From Blastocystis sp. Blastoise (lineage: Eukaryota > Protista > Bigyra: Opalinata): DNA of 64,000 bases. The stretch is from positions 1,363,928 through 1,427,927 of the forward strand of contig JBBPEB010000007.1 in the NCBI GenBank assembly GCA_039096225.1, in the 5' to 3' direction. The notes beneath the pieces are model-generated. The model saw nothing but the letters and a program-made list of their open reading frames with translations, was not told where the DNA came from and searched no databases. Of the stretch, positions 1 through 11,197 are shown one piece after another. A program made the position numbers and the translations under genes. Within the stretch, counting starts at the first letter, position 1. The number at the start of each line of letters is the position of its first letter.

Positions 1-9
1 TCTATTATT

Positions 10-45
<36 letters not shown>

Positions 46-3000
46 ATTTCTGATGCTGATACTAGTGAAACAGATGATTCTGAAGAAGAAACAACAACAG
101 GAGATAGTTATGATAGTTATGATAGTTATGATGAAGAAGACGAAGAAGAAGAAAGAAGATTAGAAAAGAATATCTTTTCATTTCTTCCTTCGTTTCTTCA
201 CCTTCTTATTTGTATTATTCAAAGTGATTTTCAATATATAAATGATTTAAATGTATATTTAATTGTTATTCTATAGAATTATATATATTTCTAAAGGATA
301 TTATATCTACTCAATTCTTCAACTCATTATGTATTTCTCCATTTCCTTTGTCTTTCTATTGGAATATCGTTTCAACAAATAATATATTTGTATCAACAGA
401 GAGTCAATGTAAGATTACAAATGCTATTAATACTATTATATCTACAGTATATATATTTATTATTTATTAATAATACTCTTTAATAACAATCATCATTAAA
501 TATATATAAATAGTATGTTCGATCATCTTCTGAAGATAAACAAAATAAAGATATACCTATATTTATACTAAATGAAGACTATTATAACCAATTAAAACCA
601 TTTACTCTCTTTATTCCTGAATCCAATTTTCATTCCATTATGAATGTATTGTTGTTTTATCATTATATTCTTATATTTATTATTTAATTATATATTTATT
701 ATTATATATTATTATTTGATTATTATTATTATATTTTTATTATTTAATTATTATTATTATATATTATTATTTAATTATTATTATTATTATATATTTATTA
801 TTTATTATTATATATTTATTATTTATTATAATCCATTTTATTCTAAATATACGTATATAGACTTATCAGCTATATAATAATAAAGATAATACGAAATATA
901 TTCCATTATTAGAAACAGATACGTCTCATAATTTATTATTGTATTCATATATATATAAATAATGTTTTCTTTTATTTATAAGTTTCAATAATATATATAT
1001 AGGTCGAATCTAAATTCATTTTCTGCTTCAACATTGTTTAAAGAGTTATATATATATATTTATCTATATATAATTCAGAATCCAGAGAAAAATACAGATT
1101 TATTATGCTATTTCTTATGGATCATTGAAATCTACTCTTTAAGTATATATATAAGTTTTTGTATATTGTTTTTAGTATATTTATATAGATATCAGTTCAA
1201 CTATACATGATCAAATAATACAAACTATTATTGATATAGATCAAATATCTTCATCTAATTATACACTATTAGAAATGTGTTTCTGTTCATTTACTTGTAA
1301 TCATCATAAAATACCTTCAATTCTTTCTGTATATAGTTTTATTTTATGTTTTTTATTTCAATAGTATCTTGTTATACATATTTTTGTCTATATATATATA
1401 GTCATTACAATCTCTCTCTTTATCAAAAACATCGTTTCCCCACGGAATTAAACAACAAATTACATATATAGTCTCTTTATTATCCAAGATGATTTCCATA
1501 AAAAAAAATGATGATGAAAATAATGATGATATACCAGAATATGATAGGTATATATCCATTTAATCTATATAATTTTATAGTCAACAAGTGAAACGAAAAG
1601 TCATTGAAGATCAAGTAATTATTATTATTATTATACGTATTGATATTATAATATATAGTTTAGTTCGATGAATAATCATTTAAATGCATTTTTAGACCAA
1701 TGGTCAATTGATGATTCTCAAGGTATATTAAATATATAAATATAATAATAATCATTATTATTATGATTAGATGTAAGTTTTGTAAAAGAAGACGAGCTGT
1801 TCTTAGAATGTTCTATTTGCCATAAGAAGATGAATAGTATTCCTGATCCATCCAATAAAAATGCGCTTTTTATTCCAATATCTAAACATATTGATGATTC
1901 TTTATGTATATTATTTTGAATTTAAACATATATGTTTATATATATAGTTACATACATAATGAATGGATATATTGATAATGAGATGAAAGGGAATACTATA
2001 GATGATTCAAATTGTATATGAACTATAATATTATTATTTCTATTTCTATATAAAGGGAATAATTGTCAACAATCCTTAAATATATCGAATCAACTACGAA
2101 ATCTATTGAATAGTCTATATTCAAATTCATTATGCATGAATAATTATATTTCTGTAAATATAATATAATATAATAATATAATATAATATATAGTCATGCC
2201 ATCATATTATTCATAAAGACTGTATTCCAAGAAATGTATATATATATATATATATTAATATATATATTAATATATATAGTTGAGTGTTTGTAGTATATGT
2301 AAACAGCAGGTATATATGTACATTCCGTATATATATACAAATATACATACAACTCCATCACTCTACAATTTTTTGGAGATTAATCGTGGGAATTATAAAG
2401 ATATGAATAGATTAAGTGATATTAAGACAAATGAAAATATGACTCAATATATTTATAAAGTATATATTATGAATACTATTATATATACTATTATAGTTAC
2501 TTGAAAATCGAATGATCACTGTACCAAATAATGAGAATCGTAAATATATTTATATATTATATTATATATTGTTTCTATATAGCGGTGTCTACTCTTCCTG
2601 ATGAAGTGATTGTTGATGTATATATATATATATACTTATATTTACTAAGATTATAGTCCAACGCAACTCTTTCAACAGATGTTTTATTGGATCATTTCTG
2701 TAATAGTATTCTTCACATTGAACTGAATTCCAGAGATCAACTAGTGGGGAGTAAATATATATAATGTTATTGAATATATTATTATTAGATATAATTAGAA
2801 AATATTTTGTATATCTATGAAAAATAGAATTATTATATCTATGAAAATGAAATTATTATATATATATGTATCTATAGATACAAAAGATTATCATTCTTCT
2901 TTATATACATATTCTAATGATATTAAAACAAATTCTTATAAGAATTCACCTATTGATACTATTCCTAATAGAGATATAGATATAGATATAGATCAAAATA

Positions 3001-5068
3001 TAGATCAAAATATAGATATAGATATAGATGAAGATACTTCGACTCAATGTATGTCTAACAAATCTTCAGATATAAATACTATAAAGTGTTCACTCTCGGA
3101 GTATCAATATTGTTCATTATATCATATTTATGTATATTGTATTTCTAAAATGAATCAAAACACAGTATGTATATATAAGTATTTATGTCATATAAGAATA
3201 ATATATAGTCATCCATTTCTTCTTTATCTTCTTTATTTTCTTCTTCTTCTTCTCCTCTGTCTCCTTCTTTTCAGAATCAATATATGTCTTTATTTTCATC
3301 TTCATTCCCTTCTTCTTTCAACTTTATATATAAACCAACATGTTTATTCAAACATTATTTGCAACAAGTTATATATACATATAATGAATATAACATACAT
3401 CATAAAGGTATATAAATATATATTCATAAATTTCATATTACTTTATATAGATACAATTTGTTCATTGGCTGATATACAATCTATATATATACCTATATAT
3501 ATATATGTTTATACAATATATACATTAATTATTATTAAATCAGTTGCAGAGAAAGAGTCTATTGGTATGCTGATATTTATTATTAATATATATTATTATT
3601 ATATGTATCATTATTATTATATATACTATTATTATATATAGATATATCTTTTACGTCAGCTGTAACTGAAAATAGTATATATATATATATTAATTTACTA
3701 CTATATTATTTTGCCTATAGGTCAATCAATTCATGATATATATATTTCTCTTCCTACGGTTTCTCTATTCAAGAATACTATTCCATTTTCAGATTATATT
3801 TGTCGTCAATTACATGCACAAACTGTAATATCAATATTTATAATATAACAATAATTTATTATTATATATATATATAGATTGATACTCTGTTATATGAATT
3901 ATGTTCTCCTTTCTTAAGACAACTCTGTATATATATATATATGAATATATATAAATCTATAAAATCTATATATTTGATATATATCTAGATATTCTTTCTA
4001 TGTTTAATTCTCCTTTGTATCCAATTAACGCAGAGATTCCTCAGTCTTCTGAAACACTCTTAAAATATCTGAAAGTTGATTCACTTCTTCCTTTACAAAC
4101 AAGTTTTTATTCCCCTATTTATACATTTTTATTGGATTCATTGATTCAATCTGATTTATTCAAGTATATATATATGTTAGTATAAGGTCACAAATATAAA
4201 TATAATTCTGTTTAAATTGAATGATTCAATACTATGTTTTATGTTTATTTATTATCCAGAGTATCCTCAGCTTCATTTCTTCTTCCTCTTCTCTCTGTCA
4301 TGAAATCACCTCAATTCATCTCATTACCTTTATCGTTATCTACAATCAATTATTATACAAATCATTCTTCTCATCAGAAATCATTTTCCCGTGGTTCTTG
4401 TTCGATATGTAAAAAGTGTTGTAATTGTAATCAATCGAATAGTGACATGTATTTATGTCTCCATTGTGGACAATATGTATATATACATACTATTATGTAT
4501 TATTGTTATTATTAGAATGATATTTATTGATTCAATTTATATATATATGTTTTTATTTCTTTTATTTATTTTTTCTTTTCACTATTTTTATAGTTTTGTG
4601 GTGGTTCTTCATCAAGAATAGGAAATATATCTGGATTTTCTTCTTCTTCTTCATTTTCAAATCATTCTATAACAAATAGATGTATTATAGATCATGTGAA
4701 TAACAAAAAGATTGTTAATCAATGTACGGTGTTCTATATATCTTGTAACGATGGAACACTCATGTGGAATGAAACACAATCAGGAAATAGTATTTCTAAA
4801 TCAATTCCTTTGTATATATATATATATATATTTAGCATATGTATGAGATACTTTTTATATTTTTTTTTTACTCTATATTTTTTTTAATTTTTTATTCTCT
4901 ATTTTTTTATATATATTTATTAAATATCTTTGTTATTAAGAAATCTATATTTTTAGGTATAAGAATAAATTTGGTGCTTCTTCTTCGTCTTCTTCAGATT
5001 ATATATTTCCACTTCTTTTATCTTCTTCTACTTATTCCAATATTCAAAAGAAATCTCTTCAGCAATAA
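1..5068 (+). CDS. UBR1/UBR2/UBR3-type N-recognin E3 ubiquitin ligase, 3' part (multi-exon, begins upstream of the window)
   Basis: Hand-spliced exons give a split RING-H2 (ECSICHKK ~1805; SCHHIIHKDC 2194-2223; VCSICKQ 2286-2306) and the UBR C-terminal signature PQFISLP...CSICKK...MYLCLHCGQY-FCGG...FYISCNDG...SIPL-YKNKFG...PLLLSSSTYSNIQKKSLQQ*, stop TAA 5066-5068. Many short GT-AG introns; not every internal junction was verified. Confidence 0.8.
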
Positions 5069-5927
5069 ATTATTCCCTTTATTTCTCTTTCTCTTTCAAA
5101 AACATTTATTTACTATTGTTTCTTTCTCTTACTCTTCTTTCAAAAACATTTATTTACTATTGCTTCCAATTAAAAATATTTATTTTTATTTATTTAATAA
5201 ATAATTGTTATTAAACTATTTTTTTTGTTTATTTATTTTGTAAAGAATCGTATAAAATGAGGAGAACTACTAGAATAATAAGATGCGTTATATATATGAA
5301 AAATTAAAAAGAAAGAAAAAACTTTTTTTTAATAATTTTTAATAGATAATTGATATGAAAATAATTCAGTTTTTAATTATGTAGTTTAGTGATAGATAAT
5401 CTCATTCTAATTCGTGATAATACGAACAAATTGGAAATTCAGAAAAAAGTAATTGCATCAACAGAAATAATTATATCATAAGCATATTTGTACACTTCAT
5501 TTGAATCTATTATAAACACATAAAAGAATATAGTTATATATAAATATCTATAAATGATTTGTCATCACATGGATCCATTTAATGAACACCTTTATTTCCA
5601 ATAAAACTATACAAAATACTGCATCCAGATATCAAAGAATCCTTTCATAGAATAGGCAACAACTAAATGAAAATAATAGTCGGATCAAGTTAAAAAACCA
5701 CGTTTTAATGAGTTTTTCCTGATTTATTTTCGTTCAACCAATGAATAGACGATAAGATGCTCTTTTCATTGGAAAATTTCATAGAAAAAAAATTATTTTT
5801 TTTTTAAAGTTAAGACATGACGTCAGCATCAAAAACATTTTTTTTCACATAAGTCTCTTTGGCAAATATTGAAGAAACGTCTTTAAAGATATTTCTATTT
5901 TTTTTTTCATAGTTTTCATTTCGATTT

Positions 5928-7500
5928 ATGAAGTTTCTATTATCTTTATCAATCTTCAGTGTTGCAATCATTATTGGTGTGATTTCCAATGGTTCTTATT
6001 CTGTAAAGGACTTATCTGAAAATAATCATGTAAAAGAGGTCTCTAACAAAACATATACATTTCCAAGAGCTCTAGATATAAATAAAACAAAAGAATATGG
6101 TATATAGAATTTATAAATTATTTTTCTTTTTTGTATATTTTTTTTAGTTTCTTTTTCTATATATTTATCTATGTTTTTTTCTTTAATAGATGCAAAGCCA
6201 ATCTGTAATGATACAGCAATTTATGCATATGTAGTTGGTGGTTTAGGAAATCAATTATTATTATTTTCTATTGCTTATATGATGTCAATTGTTGAAAAGA
6301 TTCCTTTCTATTGTATGTTTGAATATATATACTTTTTTGTTTGTCTAAAAAGAAAATATATATATATAACATATATATAACTTATATAACATATATATAA
6401 CTTATATAACCTATATATAACTTATATGACCTATATATAACTTATATAACCTATATATAACTTATATAACCTATATAACCTATATAACCTATATATAACA
6501 TATATAACCTATATAACCTATATAACCTATATATAACTTATATAACCTATATATATACCTTATCTAAATAACATATATATAGCTTATCTAAATATATATA
6601 TACTATTATATAGATCCTTCAGATTCTGTGTTTGAGAACTTTATGGAGATAAAGAGTTTTTTCCCTGGTCATATAAATATGTTTAATGATACACGTACTA
6701 CTCACAGTCGTCTTCATTTGAATCCTGATGAAAGATTAATCGATATTAATCATTTCAGTCGAAGATATTATTTTATGAGAGAAATAAAACAAGATTCTCT
6801 ATGTTATTTATATGGTGGAAGGAAAATGATTGTTCGAGGATTTCTTGAAAAGCATGATGTTTTATTTGAATTAGAAAAATATCAAAAAATATTAAAAACC
6901 TTTTTTATATATGATAATTCCGTATATAAATATCGTTATCCTCCAACAGCATTTCGAATTCAAAATTTACTTTTTCAACAAACAATATCTTTGAAACCTA
7001 TTGTATATGAACGTATGTTGAGTTATTTTCCTGATTATAATAAGAAGCGATATTTAAGTGTTCATCTTCGATTTGGTGGTATTAAATCAGATTATAAAGA
7101 TTATGGTAGTCGAATTCGAGATCTTCAACCTGAATATTTAACAGCATATATTGAAAGAGTATGTAGAGTAACAAATCAAACATTAGTGTATTTAGCTTCT
7201 GATTCTACATCAGTAAAGAATTATGTAAAAGAACATATATCTAAGAATATTACTGTGATTACAGCACCTATAAAGAAGGTATTATCAACTGATTTAAATA
7301 TAACAGGAAGAGAATCTAGAAGTGTTTTTGATATTGTAGCGTTTACAGAGATGGCTTTATTACAACATGGATCCGATTGTGTCGGAACCGTGAAGTCTAG
7401 TTTTAGTAGCGCTGCCTGTAGTAATATCAATCATAATGCTTTTCTTATTACCAATGAATATGATAAGAATGATGAAGACATAGCCAGGTATCCAAATTAA
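5928..7500 (+). CDS. Fucosyltransferase-like type II membrane glycosyltransferase (GT11/GT23/GT37-like, GT-B fold), copy 1; exons 5928-6099, 6190-6312, 6614-7500
   Basis: N-terminal hydrophobic anchor MKFLLSLSIFSVAIIIGVI; motifs GGLGNQ, SVHLRFGG, VYLASDS and SSFS typical of GDP-fucose-dependent transferases; both GT-AG introns are phase compatible. Confidence 0.8.
6355..6560. repeat. Intronic minisatellite of 9-11 nt units (TATATAACC / TATATAACT variants)
   Basis: Directly visible tandem array filling most of intron 2 of fucosyltransferase copy 1. Confidence 0.9.
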
Positions 7501-8011
7501 TTTAAACTTATATATTTTTTTTGTTTTTATTATTGAATAATATCATTCATTTTATATCTTGTTTATAACTATATTTTCTTTCAATGTTTTTATTTTGATT
7601 TATTATTTCTATCCAATTATTTATGTTTCTTTTCAATGAAAATATATATATTATTAATTACTTTTTTAATATAAATATATGTTATTATTTTGACTTTTTT
7701 TTAAGTTTATATGAAAGAAATTACATGTCAATATGGAAAAAATTAATGTTTGTTTTGAAAGGAAGAATGTTTAGTTATATATATATTTAATTTATTTGTG
7801 TATTAAAAAGAAATTATTGAAGAATCTGTGTGATATAAAACTATTTTTTTAATATGTTTGTTTTATATAGAAATTATTGGATAGATTTTTTTATTGAAAT
7901 ACAAATCTATTTATTGACAATAATGAATATTAATTTACAATATAAGTATTAAAAAAAAGAAAATAGAAAAAAGAGAGTCATTATAAATATATATATATAT
8001 CAAAATATAGA

Positions 8012-9832
8012 TTATAGTAAAGGGGGTAAGTTTTTATGAATCGATTGTATAAGTTCTAAAACTGGGTCTTTTCCTTTCGTATAATTTGTATTTGCATGTA
8101 GAACACAACGGTTGGCAATCATATAATCTACTCTAAAAACGTTCATATAGTAAAGGAATATAAATATAAATAATATATATATATATTGTTAATATTCATA
8201 AAGTAATAGTCGTATATATATTTATATAGAAAGGATATATGTCTTGGGATTATATAAGAATATCCTTCTAAAATAGAAGTTATACGAAGACTATTAAGAG
8301 CCAATTGAAAGGTACTATAGTAATAATAATATATATTATATATATTATAAATATAAATAGAATAAATAATATATATAATAATATAATAAATATATAATTA
8401 TAATAAATAGAATAAATAGAATAAAAAGAATAAATAGAATAAATAGAATAAAAAGAATAAAAAGAATAAAAAAAATAAATAGAATAAATAGAATAAATAG
8501 AATAAAAAAATAAATAGAATAAATATAAATATAATAATATACTCTGGAGGTGGAGGTAAGCATATACAATGATGAGTAGATATATAAAGTATAAGATTTC
8601 GAATATGTACACTAATAGAAGGAGCTATATAGACCATAGGTAATGCATTTTGAAGAACAGATAAATCTTGTATAGATAATCGCTTATAAAGTAATCTAAA
8701 AAATATAGTATAGTTATCATATTTAAAATATATATATATATAATTATTATAAAAAAGTTCTCTTAAATTATAAATATATATACTTATTAAGAGATTCATC
8801 AATTTGTTCTTCATTGATATGTTTTTCAATATCATCAATGTATTGAATTTGATTTTGATTCAATTGTAATGATGTATATATAGATTGTTTTGTATCTTCT
8901 TTTATATGAATATGATATCGACAATAGAAAATATTCATTAAAGACTGATTTCCTATAGGAAAACGACCTAAACTATTACCTTTTGCTGTTCTAAATAGTA
9001 TTTAATGTATATATAGATTTTATGATATAAAATAAAAAATTAAAAACGATAATAAAACATTTATACTGAATAATTTTATAATGTTCATCAATTAAACAAA
9101 GAATAAGCCGAAATGATTTTTGTTCATATGTCAATACTAACTATAATAATATATAGTAAAGAAAACAGCATTAAATGTTACCTTTAATAAGAGATAAAAT
9201 ACTTACTGAATAAAATAATGATTGTAACTTGTCTTCTGTTTTATCTAAACCACATACAATTATAATATGATAACGAAAAGAATTTAAATCTCTATAAAGA
9301 TAATAAAATAAAGATAAATTCAATAAATTGAATAATAAATAAAATAAATTGAATAATAAATTGAATAAATAAATAGTAAATAAAATAAACTGAATAATAA
9401 ATAAAAAAAATTGAATAATAAATAAAATAAATTGAATAATAAATTCAATAAATAAATAATAAATAATAAATAAATAAAAATTCAATAAATAAATAATAAA
9501 TAATGGATAATTATATACTTGGCAAGTGCACGAATATATTCTTCTGTAGTTGTTTCGGACAAATAGATCCAGAATGTTTGAATGCCTGAGAAAAGAACAT
9601 GTACTGCACTTTCTATTGTTTTCACTAATTTAATTCGATTTACTTTTTTAGAATAAAGATCTTGTAACTCTTCTGTTTCATATGAAGTCTCCATAATGAG
9701 ATGACAGTTCGATAAAAACGCATGTGTTAATAACCATTGAAAGAAATTACGCTCATATATATTAGCATTCAACGTATATTCTTCAAGTACTCCTCCATCT
9801 ACAGATACTGGAGATTGAGCAGATAAATCCAT
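8012..9832 (-). CDS. Mtc2/MoxR/Mg-chelatase-like degenerate AAA+ protein (6 exons, last intron AT-AC)
   Basis: Spliced product MDLSAQSPV...HIIIVCGLDK...MVYIAPSISVHIRNLILYISTHHCICLPPPPDTFQLALNSLRITSILEGYSYIIPRHVFRVDYMIANRCVL...SIHKNLPPLL*; the C-terminal part follows the AAA+ lid pattern (V.i...i..yi..l...H ... l.g..yv.P.hv......HR) of the MoxR/Mtc2 group. No recognisable Walker A. Family call is from recalled pattern only. Confidence 0.6.
8141..8238 (-). other. U12-type AT-AC intron (98 nt)
   Basis: 5' ATATCCTTT at 8238, branch TTCCTTTAC at 8158-8150, 3' AC at 8142-8141; removal joins PRH|VFRVDY in frame; no GT dinucleotide inside the interval on the sense strand. Confidence 0.85.
8400..8522. 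repeat. Intronic 9-mer tandem array (AATAAATAG / AATAAAAAG)
   Basis: Visible tandem repeat inside an intron of the Mtc2-like gene; source of the spurious overlapping ORFs at 8280-8612 and 8345-8569. Confidence 0.85.
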
Positions 9833-9890
9833 TGAAAAAAAAGAGTATAATTCTAAATAGTTTTGTATCAAAAAATAATATTTCTCTAGT

Positions 9891-10069
9891 TAGGGAATAT
9901 TTTTTTTAAAAGGGTTCACCACCAAGACTCTCTTGGAATACAAAATGTCCAAAAGAAAGCCAAGTTTTCTAGGCATCTTTAGGTTCTCAAGGCATAGATG
10001 AAAACTCTCTTGGAGTACAAACATGACTCAAAGTATAGTTTGGCGAAACCCGAAAAATGTTTATCCCTA
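9891..10069 (-). other. GC-enriched, self-complementary intergenic element (candidate structured ncRNA, 5' leader or MITE)
   Basis: Nested inverted repeats TAGGGA 9891-9896 / TCCCTA 10064-10069, GGGTTCACCA 9912-9921 / TGGCGAAACCC 10041-10051, CCAAG 9960-9964 / CTTGG 10009-10013, plus an 18-nt direct repeat (9927-9944, 10004-10021, one mismatch). Confidence 0.4.
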
Positions 10070-10435
10070 CTTAAAACGGTTATTTAAATTTCTTTATTTA
10101 TATTTTTGATAGTTTTTATTGTAGTTTTCATTCATTAAGGATATTATTGTGTTTTCTAGATTGTTCAAGTGGTAGTCAGTCTATTAAATATAAAATATGA
10201 ATAGAATTAACTTGACTAATCAAATTACAGGAAATAATTAACATATTACTGACTTTCTTTTATTTATAAATGCTTCAAAGGTTTTAATGAATGAAATTTA
10301 AGTAAATAAATAATGCTATAAAAATAAATGATACGTTTAAAAGTCTATTTCCTAACAAAAAACAATAAATTACGATATATATACTCAAATGATGAGTTAT
10401 GAATATTTTTTAAAAACGGATAACAAAGGAATGAA

Positions 10436-11063
10436 TTAAAGTTTAAGATAATCTTCAATAGAAACCTTGCTGTTATTAAGAAGAGAAACAATATATTGTA
10501 AATATCCATCAATAGTAGTATCTTCATATTGAAGATTAACTTCGTTATTGTTCTATATAAATAAATGAATAAATGGGTTTAGTGAAATCGTTATTCATAA
10601 AAATAATAGTAAATTAAAAAAGAAATAAAAAAAAATATATGTAAAATATAAACATATAATAAATCAAATTATAATAAAAAAATTATAATAAAAAAATTAT
10701 AATAAATAAATAACATTCTAATAAAAAAAAATAATAAATAAAAAAAAATACAGAAAGTGAAAGTGTTCCTTGTAAGAAAATAGCACGTGGCTTACGTTGT
10801 TGAATAACAATTTCACGTAACTTTAAGAACTCGTCATCGACTTCAGTATAATGATTGAATAAAGCACGTGATTCGTTAATCATAGCACATGACTTATAAC
10901 CTTGAAGTTTATTTAAGTAGTCATTCATAGCTTGTTTACCGATAGTAGGAATAAGATCCTTATTCAATACAATTTCAAAATCATCGATGACCTAGAATGA
11001 ATATTAATGATATATATATATATATATATATTATTATATGGAGATAACTATTATAATTATGTT

Positions 11064-11105
<42 letters not shown>

Positions 11106-11162
11106 TATGTTGAGTAGATAATTTATGAATAGATACTAAACCAGGAGCTGTTTCCATTAAAA

Positions 11163-11197
<35 letters not shown>

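Noticed and set aside
644-877. Tyr/Ile/Phe-rich short ORFs (also 8280-8612, 13145-13553, 16219-16416, 27617-27811 and similar)
   Set aside because: They lie in AT-rich introns or repeats of spliced genes and are compositional noise.
7747-7754. TGTTTGTT motif linked to poly(A)-created stop codons in Blastocystis (also minus strand 18445-18452)
   Set aside because: Both lie ~250-280 nt beyond normal genomic stops and every intact gene here has its own stop, so no poly(A)-generated terminator is needed.
9888-9894. CCCTAAC on the minus strand beside the folded element as a telomerase RNA template
   Set aside because: Only 7 nt, shorter than the ~1.5 repeats expected, and outside the T4-terminated core.
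9912-10051. Tandem glycine-riboswitch-like arrangement suggested by twin ACTCTC..GG motifs
   Set aside because: The conserved CCGAAG and CTCTCAGG elements are missing.
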